Positions 1 to 10,435 of a DNA stretch of 64,000 nt are shown here, in pieces. The stretch comes from Spirochaetia bacterium (GTDB taxonomy: Bacteria > Spirochaetota > Spirochaetia > DSM-2461), in NCBI GenBank assembly GCA_963668315.1, contig OY764216.1, positions 2,880,001-2,944,000 of the forward strand, in the 5' to 3' direction. A program made the translations under genes and the position numbers. The notes below the pieces were generated by a model. The model saw only the letters and a list, made by a program, of their open reading frames with translations. It did not search any database and was not told the origin of the DNA. The first letter of the stretch is position 1. Each line of letters opens with the position of its first letter.

Positions 1-376
1 CCACACCCAGGGCGGAAATCCCCCAGAAAGTGATCTGTATTCCCAGAAGGGCGATCAGCGACGCACCCAGGGCGGCGCCTGAGGAAATTCCCAGGATATA
101 GGGCTCCGCCATGGGATTCCGGAATACCGCCTGAAATACCATTCCCCCCAGAGCAAGGGAAATGCCGGTCAGGGAGGCAAGGAGAATACGGGGGAGGCGG
201 AGCTTCAGAATAATAAGGACCGCCGTTCCCTCCTGCCCGGTCCCCGTGAGGATGTGCAGAATCTCCCGGGGAGAAACCTTCACGGCTCCGAGAGAGAGGG
301 AGATCAGAAAGATAAGGGCGAATAACAGCCAGGCGGAGGACAGAAGAAGGGACGGTTTTTTTCTAAAAATCGACAC
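1..376 (-). CDS. FecCD/BtuC-family iron/cobalamin ABC permease, 5' part (runs off the window start)
   Basis: Hand translation from GTG 376: MSIFRKKP...LKLRLPRILLA...VFQAVFRNPMAEPYILGISSGAALGAS, the FecCD signature; overlaps the stop of the binding-protein gene. Confidence 0.9.
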   Translation of the reverse strand, partial: MSIFRKKPSLLLSSAWLLFALIFLISLSLGAVKVSPREILHILTGTGQEGTAVLIILKLRLPRILLASLTGISLALGGMVFQAVFRNPMAEPYILGISSGAALGASLIALLGIQITFWGISALGV

Positions 377-1229
377 CGTGTATAATCCTTGCCAGGTCCT
401 GAAGCCCTTCGGCCAGCCTTGGGCCCTGGCGGTCCAGTTTATTGTTGTCAATGGGAAAGATTTTTCCCTCTCGTACGGCGGTAAGCTCCCTGTACCCCGA
501 CGCTTCCTTCAGCTGTTCAGGTATATGGCCGTAACGGGAGCAGATAATGAGATCCGGGTCCTGGAGGAGAAGTTCCTCCAGGCTGTATCGCCAGCCGTCC
601 AGTTCGTCGGCCACATTGACGGCTCCTGCCATCTCCAGCATTTTTCCAATGAATGTATTTCCCCCGGCCGTGTAGTCGCCGTAATCGCCGAATCCTATCA
701 CATAATAGACTTTGGGGCGGGGTTTGCCGGCGACGCTGGCCTCCACACGGTTTACCCTGTCTTCCATACCGGCGATCAGCTCTTCCCCTTTCCGGGAGGC
801 GTCAACGGCGGAGGCTACTTCTCTTATGAGGGAGTAAACCCCTTCAAAACTCTCTTCCGAGTAGAGGGAGAGAACAGGGATTCCCGTCTCCTCAAGGGTC
901 GTGAGGGTTTCCGGCCCGGCGTGGGTCGAAGCAATAATCAGATCGGGATTCAGGGAGAGAATCTTTTCCAGGGAAGGATCGGATATGGTGCCTACCGAGG
1001 GAACGGCTAGGGCTTCTTCGGGGTAGTCGCAGTAATCGGTACGTCCCACAAGCAGATCCCCCCTGTCCAGGGCAAAGAGGGTTTCCGTTATATTGGGGCC
1101 CAGGGAAACGACCCTCTCGGGGATCTTTTTCCCGTTTCTGTCCGGCTGACCGGCCGTTTCTCCCGATCCCTGGGAATAAAGGGCCAGCGGAAAGAGGAGG
1201 ATACATAAGAGAGGCAGTGAATACTTCAT
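363..1229 (-). CDS. BtuF-like cobalamin/iron-chelate substrate-binding protein
   Basis: Signal peptide; RVVSLGPNITETLFAL, LVGRTDYCDYP, EKILSLNPDL, DRQGPRL; start chosen at MKYSLP. Confidence 0.85.
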   Translation of the reverse strand: MKYSLPLLCILLFPLALYSQGSGETAGQPDRNGKKIPERVVSLGPNITETLFALDRGDLLVGRTDYCDYPEEALAVPSVGTISDPSLEKILSLNPDLIIASTHAGPETLTTLEETGIPVLSLYSEESFEGVYSLIREVASAVDASRKGEELIAGMEDRVNRVEASVAGKPRPKVYYVIGFGDYGDYTAGGNTFIGKMLEMAGAVNVADELDGWRYSLEELLLQDPDLIICSRYGHIPEQLKEASGYRELTAVREGKIFPIDNNKLDRQGPRLAEGLQDLARIIHGVDF

Positions 1230-1246
1230 CCTATCCCACCGGTAAT

Positions 1247-2536
1247 TCAAGAGGGGAGGTCAAGGGGTTTGTGGGTGAAGGATTTTTTTCCCGTACTGTA
1301 GTCATCCACGATATGTCCTTTTCCATAGAGCTTCCATTTGTAAATCATCAGCCCTTCCATGCCGACCGGTCCCCGGGCATGAATCTTCCCGGTGGAGATT
1401 CCCACTTCCGCTCCCAGTCCGAAACGGAAACCGTCGGCGAACCGGGTGGAGCAGTTCCAGAGGGCGTCGGCCGTGTCCACTCTGTTCATAAAATCCTCGG
1501 CCCGAACGGCGTTTTCCGTGACGATGGCGTCGGTGTGTCCCGAACCGAAACGGTGGATATGGTCTATGGCTTCATCCATGGAGGAAACGATCTTTATGGA
1601 GAGAATATAATCGAGATATTCCGTTTCCCAGTCCGTCTCATCAGCTCTTTTTACATCGATGATCCGGCATGTTTCTCCGCAGCCCCGGATCTCCACGTGT
1701 TTCGCTTCCAGGGCTTCCTTCAGAGGGGGAAGCAGGGCGGGGGCGGCGTTCTTATGGACCAGAAGCGTTTCCAGGGCGTTACATACCGCCACGTACTGGG
1801 TTTTGGAATCCACCACGATGGGAACGGCTTTGGCAGGATCGGCTTCTTCGTCCAGATAGACATGGCAGATTCCGTCGGCATGGCCCATTACGGGAATATT
1901 GGAGTTTTTCATGATATATTGAACGAAACTGTTCGATCCCCGGGGTATTATCAGATCGATAAGCTTGTCCAGGGCCAGCATCTCCTGAACTTCCTCCCGG
2001 CTTTCCACCAGCTGTAGCCATCCCGAAGGGCAGCCCGCTTCCACGCTGGCTTCATGGATGATGGCGGCGAGAATCCGATTTGTCTCCCTTGCCTCGCTTC
2101 CCCCTTTGAGGAGGACACCGTTGCCGCTTTTCAGGCAGAGGGTGGCTATCTGGACAAGGGCGTCGGGGCGGGATTCGAAGATCATGCCGATAACGCCGAT
2201 GGGACAGGCCACCTGATATAGGTTAAGCCCCTCATCCAGTTCGGTGGCTTTGAGAACTTTTCCCACGGGATCGGACAGCTTTACAAGCGATTCGATTCCC
2301 CGTATGACCTCTTCCAGTTTGCTTTCCTTGAAGGTCAGTCTCTTAAGGAGGGGGGCGGCCAGATTTTCCTCTTCAGACCGTTTCAGGTCCTTATCATTAG
2401 CCGAGAAGATCTCCTCTTTTCGTGTCTGCAGTTTTTCGGCAATGGCCTTGAGAGCGCTGTTTTTCCTTTCTCCCTTCAGAGCGGCCAGGATTCTGGCCCC
2501 TTCCCTGGCACTGCGGGCCGCATCGGTTACGTTCAT
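1247..2536 (-). CDS. proA: Gamma-glutamyl phosphate reductase
   Basis: PIGVIGMIFESRP, LIIPRG, VCNALETLL, GSGHTDAI, STRFADGFRFGLGAEVGISTGKIHARGPVG; start at MNVTD. Confidence 0.97.
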   Translation of the reverse strand: MNVTDAARSAREGARILAALKGERKNSALKAIAEKLQTRKEEIFSANDKDLKRSEEENLAAPLLKRLTFKESKLEEVIRGIESLVKLSDPVGKVLKATELDEGLNLYQVACPIGVIGMIFESRPDALVQIATLCLKSGNGVLLKGGSEARETNRILAAIIHEASVEAGCPSGWLQLVESREEVQEMLALDKLIDLIIPRGSNSFVQYIMKNSNIPVMGHADGICHVYLDEEADPAKAVPIVVDSKTQYVAVCNALETLLVHKNAAPALLPPLKEALEAKHVEIRGCGETCRIIDVKRADETDWETEYLDYILSIKIVSSMDEAIDHIHRFGSGHTDAIVTENAVRAEDFMNRVDTADALWNCSTRFADGFRFGLGAEVGISTGKIHARGPVGMEGLMIYKWKLYGKGHIVDDYSTGKKSFTHKPLDLPS

Positions 2537-2546
2537 CGGGTAACTC

Positions 2547-2873
2547 CTAGTCTTTTTTACTGATCCATATGTCCACAAGGCCGAAAATGAGCAAGTATAT
2601 GATCATCATCTGCTGCCCTTCTATTACCGTTTTATGAAAGCCGTAATAGAGTATCAGAAGAATAATGGCGGCCCCTATGGCTATCCAGGCAAAGAAATTC
2701 GTTAAGAGAATAAATGCCAGAATGATGGCTGTTATTATAAGCATTAACGGGGACAGGGTAAATCCCAGCAGCTGGATTTCCCCTTCGAGGCCCACATCTT
2801 TCATAAAATAAAAACCGAGGAAGCCCGTTACCAGGATAATCACTCCCAGAATAATTCTTACAATGCCTTTCAT
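2547..2873 (-). CDS. Small hypothetical membrane protein (about 4 TM)
   Basis: 108-aa hydrophobic ORF; 4-nt overlap with the upstream glycosyltransferase. Confidence 0.7.
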   Translation of the reverse strand: MKGIVRIILGVIILVTGFLGFYFMKDVGLEGEIQLLGFTLSPLMLIITAIILAFILLTNFFAWIAIGAAIILLILYYGFHKTVIEGQQMMIIYLLIFGLVDIWISKKD

Positions 2874-4441
2874 TTACCTTCTCCATATAATAATCTGAGG
2901 TAGGGAAGGGAGAAAAACTTCTCTTCCATCCCGTTCTGTATAGTATCAATATCGGCTTTTCGGCATCCCAGGGAAAGGCCGTTCATAATGGATTGAAGAG
3001 TAGCGGCGTATTTCTTTTCGCCGAACACTCCTTCTAGACGGCTGTCCCTGTCTTCCCCGGTGGCAGAGGATAATCTGTCCAGTTCCTCCAGGTTCTCCCT
3101 GTTCATGGAAATCGTTTCACTCCGGAAGAGGGGGGCCGAATCCAGTTTTTTCAAAATCTCATACTGCATTTCCGGGGAAAGGTAGGAGAAGCAGAACCGG
3201 TCGCGGGAGAGCATTTCTTCCATCTGAAGGTTCAGGGCCGCTTCCTTTTCCCGGGGCATATGTTCGGAGAGAATACGGAATTTCCTTTCGTACTGCCGGG
3301 AAAGAGTGCTTCTTTCATCCCTGGTCAGCGGAATGTACACATGGTGGTAAAAATGGGAGGTATCCCTGTCGAAAAGATCGATAAAACCTTCCATTATATC
3401 AAGTTGCCGTGCAAATAGGGGCTTTTTCCAATGGAGGGCGTTCAGATAAAGATAGCCGAATCCCTCCTGTATGGAGGGGGAGACAATCATATCGGAGGCG
3501 GCCCAGAAATGGGAGTAATTCAACAGATCCGTCTCTTCCTGGGCGCCGATTCCCCAGAGACCGGGGATAAGCCCCTCTCGGAAGGCGCTTTCCACCAGAT
3601 CCGAATAGGCCTTTTCCATCGGGGAGACGCCGGGGAGGCTTACCATCAAGTTGGCCTTCCCCTCCATCAGTCTGACGAGAAGGGCCGCTTCCAGAATATT
3701 TTTCCGGCGGATAGTGCGGACGGGATAAAAAAGGAGTTTGCCCCCCGGAACAAGGGCGGGAAAATCTCCGCGGTACTTCTGGAAAAGGGCGTCCTTTATC
3801 TGCTCCGGATCGGCCTCCACCGTTCTGTCGAGGGGTACGGGATTATTCAGAAGCCAGATATTCTCCCTTTCCATTCCCGCTTCTATCAGATTATTCCTGT
3901 CCCGGGAGTTTATCACGCAGTAGGCGATGTTTTCCCGCTGGGGATAGAGGGTTTTGTCCGTTTCCTCCCGCAATGCGGCAAGATTGGCGTAGCGGGAGCA
4001 TTCGGGGAAGTCGTGTATCTGAAAAAGAATAGGCCTGTCTCTTCTCTCCGCCGCCAGAAGCATGGCCCGGGTAAAGGGAGGATTTTTTCCCAGGTGGTAG
4101 TTGTGGACCATCCAGAGATTATCCTGCCGGGGAAACCGTTCCTCCATAAGGGAAAGGAGCCTTTCCGCGGAAGGGAGATGGTCAACCTTTTCCCGGTAGT
4201 CTATTTCCGGAAGATGATACAGAATCAGCCTGTCCGACAGATCCTCTCCCATGGCCTCGAGGATTCTTCCGCGGACCCGGTCAATGTTTTCCTCCCGGCC
4301 GTAGACAATGGTGATCTTCTCAATATCCGGCAGATGGCGGAAAACCGCCCTTGCCGAAAGGATGATAACATCGGTCACTCCGCCGGGCAGAAGATGGTAA
4401 TGGAATATTGTTAATGCGCGGAATTTACCCGAGCCGGCCAT
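2870..4441 (-). CDS. GT-B fold (GT4-like) glycosyltransferase
   Basis: HYHLLPGGVT, HNYHLGKN, YPVRTIRRKNI, SPSIQEGFGYLYL (GT4-type EGFG motif). Confidence 0.75.
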   Translation of the reverse strand: MAGSGKFRALTIFHYHLLPGGVTDVIILSARAVFRHLPDIEKITIVYGREENIDRVRGRILEAMGEDLSDRLILYHLPEIDYREKVDHLPSAERLLSLMEERFPRQDNLWMVHNYHLGKNPPFTRAMLLAAERRDRPILFQIHDFPECSRYANLAALREETDKTLYPQRENIAYCVINSRDRNNLIEAGMERENIWLLNNPVPLDRTVEADPEQIKDALFQKYRGDFPALVPGGKLLFYPVRTIRRKNILEAALLVRLMEGKANLMVSLPGVSPMEKAYSDLVESAFREGLIPGLWGIGAQEETDLLNYSHFWAASDMIVSPSIQEGFGYLYLNALHWKKPLFARQLDIMEGFIDLFDRDTSHFYHHVYIPLTRDERSTLSRQYERKFRILSEHMPREKEAALNLQMEEMLSRDRFCFSYLSPEMQYEILKKLDSAPLFRSETISMNRENLEELDRLSSATGEDRDSRLEGVFGEKKYAATLQSIMNGLSLGCRKADIDTIQNGMEEKFFSLPYLRLLYGEGK

Positions 4442-4547
4442 TGCTGTCCCCTTTATAATTCATCATAACGGCCCCGGGTGCTCCTGTCAATTACGGGACA
4501 GATCCGGCCCTTGAGCAAAATACGGCAAAAGTTTATTCTTGACACCG

Positions 4548-5618
4548 ATGAAAAGAGTAGATGCGTTTCTCCGGCAGACTCAGGGGGATTTCTGGTATTT
4601 CGGCAAAAGTGCCCTGGACCGGTATGAAAATAACTCCCCCCTGGTGGTAAGTGTCGCCACCACAGCCGGACTGGGCGAACTGGCCGCTTCCTTCGAGGGA
4701 CTTTTCTTTCCCGGCCTGGAGGGAGCCGACGCCGCCGTAACCGTCGAAGGAGTCACCCTGCTCTTCACCATTGTCGATTCATCCGGTGCCATCCCCCGCT
4801 TCTCCCCGGCTCCCTTCAATATGATCTATTCCCCGTCTGAGAGAAAGTACGTAGACCGTGAGGGGGAGTATGACCTGATGCGCAGGGGCCTTGTGGAAGG
4901 GGAGCCCCTTTCATACAGAGACTGGAGCCATTTTGTCCGACGGATGGCCTGGTGTGACCGGGAAGACTCTTTTTCTTTCGATGATATATCCTCTCTCTTT
5001 TCAAGGGAAAACGACCGCTTCTTTCTGGAAGACGTAATAACCGGTCCCCGGGCGGATAAAGCCCTGGAATACCTTTTCAGCTCCCGGTGGATAGAAACTT
5101 TTTTCCCCTCCCTCGCGGCCCTGGCAGATGTGGAGCAGAACAAGGAGTTCCATCCCGAGGGCAATGTCTGGGAACATACCCTGGAAACCTTGAAATACAG
5201 AAAGGAGAGACCGGCGAATCTCTCTCTGGCTCTTCTTTTTCACGATCTTGGAAAGAGTCAGGCCGAAGAGGTCGGGCAGAACCGTTTTCACGGCCATGCC
5301 CAGATAGGAGCCCGACAGCTGACCTCCCTCCTGGATGAGTGGGATTTTCCCGATAAGCTGATGAACGAAACCGTCTACCTGGTGGCCAATCATATGATGC
5401 CCGCCGCCATTGAGCGCCTTCCCTACCACAAGAAAAAGGAAGTGATCGAAGATCCCCTTTTCCCGGTCCTTCTGGAACTGTACCGCTGTGATCTCTCTTC
5501 CTCCTTCAACGGGCTTGACGGCTATTACGACGCCTGCCGCTACTATAAGGCTTTCCGTAAAAACGTCCAGAATCCCTACCGGAAGAACGACGGAACACTA
5601 AAGAGGGGAGCGGTCTGA
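4548..5618 (+). CDS. HD-domain protein related to CCA-adding enzyme/poly(A) polymerase, with a degenerate N-terminal domain
   Basis: VEQNKEFHPEGNVWEHT, LLFHDLGK, FHGHA, NHM...CD HD motifs; TGATG overlap with dinG. Confidence 0.75.
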   Translation: MKRVDAFLRQTQGDFWYFGKSALDRYENNSPLVVSVATTAGLGELAASFEGLFFPGLEGADAAVTVEGVTLLFTIVDSSGAIPRFSPAPFNMIYSPSERKYVDREGEYDLMRRGLVEGEPLSYRDWSHFVRRMAWCDREDSFSFDDISSLFSRENDRFFLEDVITGPRADKALEYLFSSRWIETFFPSLAALADVEQNKEFHPEGNVWEHTLETLKYRKERPANLSLALLFHDLGKSQAEEVGQNRFHGHAQIGARQLTSLLDEWDFPDKLMNETVYLVANHMMPAAIERLPYHKKKEVIEDPLFPVLLELYRCDLSSSFNGLDGYYDACRYYKAFRKNVQNPYRKNDGTLKRGAV

Positions 5619-8056
5619 TGCTGAGCGATAGACGGCTGACCGCCGAAGTACGGCAGAAAATGGCGGAGGATATCGCCGATGCGGAGGGGAACGAGGTCCT
5701 CTGGTGGGGTAAACTCGACGAGGAGAGCCGTGTCTGTCAAGTGGAGGCCGCCGCCCGGGGCGATGAATCTTCCGTTCCCGCCCTCTTCCCCCATATGACC
5801 AAGGGGGATGTCATCATTCATAACCATCCTTCCGGTTTCCTCACTCCCAGTTCCGCCGATCTGGGGGTCGCTACGAATCTGGGAAACCAGGGCATCGGCT
5901 GTTTCATCGTGGATAACGAGGTCAAGCGCATCTATATCGTGGCCGAACCGGTGAAAGCCCGGGAGATACAGCCCCTGGACCGGGAGGGCGTCGGCGCCTT
6001 TCTGGAACCTGAGGGGGAGCTTTCACGCTTTCTTCCCAACTATGAGCCCCGTGAGCCGCAGATAGAGCTTCTCAAGCAGATCGTGGACGGATTCAATCTG
6101 GATAAGGTAGTGGCCGTCGAGGCGGGAACGGGCGTGGGGAAATCCTTTGCCTACCTGCTGCCCGCCATTCTCTGGGCGGAGAAAAACAAGGAACGCATCG
6201 TCGTTTCCACGGGAACGATCAATCTTCAACAGCAGCTGATGGACAAGGACATTCCCCTGGTGCAGAGGCTCCTGGGAAGCAAGGTCAAGGCGGTTCTCGT
6301 CAAGGGAAGAAGAAATTACCTCTGCCTCAAGCGTTTTTCCGAGGAGATGGAGGAGGGCTCCCTTTTCCGTGATGACAAGGATGAGATAAACTTGATCAGG
6401 GAGTGGTCCGAAACTACGGCGGACGGCTCCCTTTCCGACCTCTCCTTCAAGCCGAGCGGTGAGCTGTGGAACAAGATCAACAGCGAGGCCGATCTCTGTA
6501 CGGGAGTGCGGTGCCGCTATCATGAGCAGTGTTTCGTTATGCAGGCCCGCAGGGAAGCTTCGGCGGCGGGTATTCTTGTCGTCAACCACCATCTGCTTTT
6601 CGCCGATCTCTCCCTGCGCGTGGGGGGATTCGGCTTCGAGGCCTTTGCCGTACTGCCCCCTTTCCAGAGGGTTATCTTTGATGAGGCCCACAATATGGAG
6701 AAGAGCGCCACCAGCTTCTTTTCCCAGAGCTTCAACCGCTTCTCCTGTTCCCGCTATCTGAACAGGCTCTATAGAAAGAGCAGAAAAGGGCCGGGCGGTC
6801 TGATCCTCAAACTGGAGAAAATCACCGGTACGTCCGAGGAGTACCTCGCCGTACCGACCCTCATCGATGAAATCCTCTCCAAGTCGGTGCTGCTGGAGGA
6901 AACCACCCTGGCCATGAACCCCTTCAGGGGATCTCTCTGGATTCACGGACCGGAGTCCCAGAATATCGGTTACGGAATCCTCGAGCCCATGCTCACCCTC
7001 CAGAAGGCGATACTCGATCTGGTCGGCACGGTCTCCCGCCTGCTCAAGAAAGTCCCCGAGGACCAGGAAGAGGGGGATGTGCCCCTGGAAATCCGCAGTC
7101 TTATGACCCGCTTTGACAACATGGCCGCCTTTATGGAGGTCTTCCGCCATTACAGGGAACATTCGGAGAAGATTTTCTGGCTCCAGAAAGGACGGCTTCC
7201 CGACGGCAAGGAGTTTATCACCTATTATGTGACACCCCTGGATATCTCCCCCCTCATGTATGAAGCGGTATTCGAGCCCTTCGACAGCGTTATATGCACA
7301 TCGGCCACCCTGGCGGTAAACAGGAATTTCTCCTACTGGATGGACCGATCCGGCGCCTCCCTGGTTCCGGAGGAACGGCTGATCAGCGGGGTATACGATT
7401 CTCCCTTCAACTATCGCGACAGGGTGCTGCTGGCCATTCCGGCGGACGCTCCCCTGCCCAATAATCAGGACGCCTGGATTCAATTCTCCCTGCCCCTCAT
7501 AAAAGAGGCGGTGCTCCTCTCGGAGGGGAAGAGTCTGATTCTTTTCACAAGTTACGAAATGCTGCGCCATACCTACGAGTATCTGAAATTCGATCTCGAA
7601 TCGGCGGGGATTACCCTTTTCGCCCAGGGCGACGATGACCGGGCCCGTCTGCTTGAGCGGTTTAAAAACGAGGTAAGCAGCGTTCTCCTGGCCACCGACT
7701 CCTTCTGGGAGGGCGTGGATGTCCCCGGCGAGTCGCTCCGGCAGCTGATACTCTGCCGCCTTCCCTTCAGGGTGCCCACCGAGCCGGTCCTCATGGCCCG
7801 CGTGGAGGCTCTGGAAGCCAGGGGGGGAAACGCTTTCATGCAGATTTCCCTGCCCGAGGCCATCATGAAGTTCAAACAGGGATTCGGCAGGCTGATGAGA
7901 AGCAAGACGGACAGCGGGATCGTGCTCGTCCTGGACGGGCGTATCATCCAGAAAAATTACGGACGGTATTTCCTCTCCAGCCTTCCCGAAACGCAGAGGT
8001 CGGTAAAGCACAGCCGGGAGTTATTCATGGATATGGAGAATTTTCTGTACGAATAG
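5618..8056 (+). CDS. DinG/YoaA-family Fe-S helicase with an N-terminal JAB/RadC-like domain
   Basis: EAGTGVGKS, KGRRNYLC plus CTGVRCRYHEQC, DEAH, SATL, FWEGVDVPG, QGFGRLMR; N-terminal IIHNHPSGFLTPSSAD. Confidence 0.92.
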   Translation: MLSDRRLTAEVRQKMAEDIADAEGNEVLWWGKLDEESRVCQVEAAARGDESSVPALFPHMTKGDVIIHNHPSGFLTPSSADLGVATNLGNQGIGCFIVDNEVKRIYIVAEPVKAREIQPLDREGVGAFLEPEGELSRFLPNYEPREPQIELLKQIVDGFNLDKVVAVEAGTGVGKSFAYLLPAILWAEKNKERIVVSTGTINLQQQLMDKDIPLVQRLLGSKVKAVLVKGRRNYLCLKRFSEEMEEGSLFRDDKDEINLIREWSETTADGSLSDLSFKPSGELWNKINSEADLCTGVRCRYHEQCFVMQARREASAAGILVVNHHLLFADLSLRVGGFGFEAFAVLPPFQRVIFDEAHNMEKSATSFFSQSFNRFSCSRYLNRLYRKSRKGPGGLILKLEKITGTSEEYLAVPTLIDEILSKSVLLEETTLAMNPFRGSLWIHGPESQNIGYGILEPMLTLQKAILDLVGTVSRLLKKVPEDQEEGDVPLEIRSLMTRFDNMAAFMEVFRHYREHSEKIFWLQKGRLPDGKEFITYYVTPLDISPLMYEAVFEPFDSVICTSATLAVNRNFSYWMDRSGASLVPEERLISGVYDSPFNYRDRVLLAIPADAPLPNNQDAWIQFSLPLIKEAVLLSEGKSLILFTSYEMLRHTYEYLKFDLESAGITLFAQGDDDRARLLERFKNEVSSVLLATDSFWEGVDVPGESLRQLILCRLPFRVPTEPVLMARVEALEARGGNAFMQISLPEAIMKFKQGFGRLMRSKTDSGIVLVLDGRIIQKNYGRYFLSSLPETQRSVKHSRELFMDMENFLYE

Positions 8057-8059
8057 GGT

Positions 8060-8350
8060 TTAATAACCCTTTTTCTGCCTCTTCTTTCTGAGGTAATTCA
8101 TCTCGGCCATCAGTTCTCGCAGGCGGGATTCATCGGTCAGATCTCTTTCAAGCTGATCCTGAAGATCGTCGATAAGCTTCTCTTCCATATTATAGAAATC
8201 CCCTTCCATCTCCCCGGACCAGATATAGCGTGCCAGTTCATCCGGCTCATGCTGATAGGAGAGAAGTCTACGGGACATGTACGTGGCAAGATACCAGCGG
8301 ACATCGTCTATTTCCAGTTCGTATTCATCAAGAAGCTCTTTGACAGTCAT
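8060..8350 (-). CDS. Hypothetical protein, 96 aa
   Basis: Fills the gap between dinG and the MCP; preceded by a TTAACA-17-TATATT promoter. Confidence 0.65.
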   Translation of the reverse strand: MTVKELLDEYELEIDDVRWYLATYMSRRLLSYQHEPDELARYIWSGEMEGDFYNMEEKLIDDLQDQLERDLTDESRLRELMAEMNYLRKKRQKKGY

Positions 8351-8395
8351 GGAGGAAATATAACCTAAGGGAACCCCCTTGTTAAAGGGGCTCTC

Positions 8396-10435
8396 TCAGA
8401 ATTCTTCGAAATCATGGTCGTAGGTGGACTCTGTCGCGGGAATATCCGGGATAGCTTCCAGCCGGGGAACATCCTTGGCGGGAGTTTCCCGGGGCGCCTG
8501 GACGACCGATTCGCTGCGCGAGGGCCGGGCGGTTTCTCGGGCGGTTTCTCCCTTAATGCTTTTTGACGGCATTTTCCCTCCCTTATTCAGCTGAAAATAG
8601 GCGATACTGGCCTTCATCATTTCCGACTGGCTGTTCAGCTCTTCCGACATGGAAGCCAGCTCCTCCGAAGCGGAGGCGTTCTGCTGAATCACCGTATCGA
8701 GCTGCTGCAGGGCGGAGTTTATCTGCTCGGCTCCACGATACTGCTCCTCGCTGGCCGAGGTTATCTCCTGAACAAGATCGGCCGTATTCTGTATCTGGGG
8801 GACCAGCTCATTAATAATCGTACCGGCTTTTTCTGCCGCTTTGACGCTGTTCACCGAAATCTCCGTGATCTCCGCCGCGGCCTTTCCCGAGTTCTCCGCC
8901 AGCTTGCGGACTTCCGAGGCCACCACAGCGAATCCCTTTCCCGCCTCTCCGGCCCGGGCCGCTTCGATGGCCGCGTTCAAGGCCAGCATATTCGTATTCC
9001 GGGCGATCTCCTCAATGATCCCGATTCTTTCGGAAATGCTCTTCATCGCATCCACGGTCTGGTTGACCGATTCTCCGCCCAGGGCGGCGTTCTGGGCCGT
9101 CTGGCGGGATATGGCATCGGCCTTCTGGGCGTTCTCCGTATTCTGCTCAATATTGGAGGTGAGCTGTTCCATGGAGCTCGAGATCTCCTCCGTGCTGGAG
9201 GCCTGTTCGGACGCCCCGGTGGATATCTGCTGACTCGAAGCGGATATCTGGTTGGAACCGGTCGAGACCTGGGCTGCCGCGCTGTTGATATCGGTCAGAG
9301 TATTATTGAGGGATAGGACCATGTTTTTCATGGAGCAGTAGATGCCGACTTCATTTCTGTTATCAAAGTGGATGGTCAGATTGCCCCGGGCTATCTCCTC
9401 GGCGATTTCCGAAATCTCATTGGGTTCGCCGCCCAGCTTCCCGGTAAGGAGTTTCGTTATGGCTATGGCTATGATGATGCCGAAGATAACGCCGATGCCG
9501 ATTCCCGTCCAGATCACCATTGTCTGGACCATGCCCTTTCTGTCCGCCTTTGCCTGCAGAAGGGCCTGTTCCTCTTCGATAACCCCGATGCTGTTTTGGA
9601 TACCCGTAACGACCTTGTCCAGGTTGGGAAGAGTTTCGTTTCTGAATATGCCCTTGGATTCGTTCTGACCCTGCTCCAGAGCCTTCTCCATATCGATAAT
9701 CTGCTGGAAGTTTTCCTCAATAAAGGTCAGTTCCGGTGCTACCAGATTTACATAGGCGGAGTATTTATCCCCCACGGTCCTCTCTGCGTTGATGGTGGGG
9801 ACAGCTTCATGAAGGTTATCATGATGAACTATGATTTCTTTCATGAGCGATCTGTATTCCGGCCAACTCTGTTCAAGCTCCCTGTTTCTGTCGCTGTCCA
9901 GAAAACGGCCGAATCCGCAGAGGTCGGGATCGGCTTCCACCCGGCTCTGCCTGTTGTTGATGATATCAGCCAGAAGCTGCGCGGCCCAGCTGGTATGGTC
10001 GCTCAGCCTCAGGTAGAGCTCTTCCCCCAGGCCTTCGTGTGTAGCCGACCAGAGACCGTTTATTTTCTCCGCGCTGCTGTGAAGGGCCAGATGGGCCGCT
10101 TCGATCGATTTTACCGCCGCCGCGGCTTCCGGACTGTAGGAGGCGAGTTTCTCAAGCCCCCCCGAATAGTACCAAGTCCCGAAACCGCAGTCGTGTCCGT
10201 CAAGCTGTACGGAAAGTTCATTCTCATTGTTGACAAAGGTCTCTTCGAGGGACGCTTTCCATTCGTTGTGAGCCGACATGGCTGTAATAAGCTCGGAAGT
10301 CACATTGGCCAGCTCTATGACATCCCTGTTGTCCTGGAGTGTTGATGAACTGATAGTGAAAGCCACGAAACCAACTATGAATGTTATAAATGCCATTCCT
10401 AGAAAGCTGGAAAGGAGCATTGTTCTTACTTTCAT
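8396..10435 (-). CDS. Methyl-accepting chemotaxis protein with two CZB domains between TM1 and TM2
   Basis: [55 protein letters not shown] and [18 protein letters not shown]. Confidence 0.93.
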   Translation of the reverse strand: MKVRTMLLSSFLGMAFITFIVGFVAFTISSSTLQDNRDVIELANVTSELITAMSAHNEWKASLEETFVNNENELSVQLDGHDCGFGTWYYSGGLEKLASYSPEAAAAVKSIEAAHLALHSSAEKINGLWSATHEGLGEELYLRLSDHTSWAAQLLADIINNRQSRVEADPDLCGFGRFLDSDRNRELEQSWPEYRSLMKEIIVHHDNLHEAVPTINAERTVGDKYSAYVNLVAPELTFIEENFQQIIDMEKALEQGQNESKGIFRNETLPNLDKVVTGIQNSIGVIEEEQALLQAKADRKGMVQTMVIWTGIGIGVIFGIIIAIAITKLLTGKLGGEPNEISEIAEEIARGNLTIHFDNRNEVGIYCSMKNMVLSLNNTLTDINSAAAQVSTGSNQISASSQQISTGASEQASSTEEISSSMEQLTSNIEQNTENAQKADAISRQTAQNAALGGESVNQTVDAMKSISERIGIIEEIARNTNMLALNAAIEAARAGEAGKGFAVVASEVRKLAENSGKAAAEITEISVNSVKAAEKAGTIINELVPQIQNTADLVQEITSASEEQYRGAEQINSALQQLDTVIQQNASASEELASMSEELNSQSEMMKASIAYFQLNKGGKMPSKSIKGETARETARPSRSESVVQAPRETPAKDVPRLEAIPDIPATESTYDHDFEEF

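Noticed and set aside
5618..8056. DinG as part of a type IV CRISPR or other defence system
   Set aside because: No cas genes, repeat-spacer array or mobile-element context in the window
8359..8375. TATAAC half-site as a third copy of the island operator
   Set aside because: The second half-site is missing, and the sequence is explained by the -10 box of the 96-aa gene
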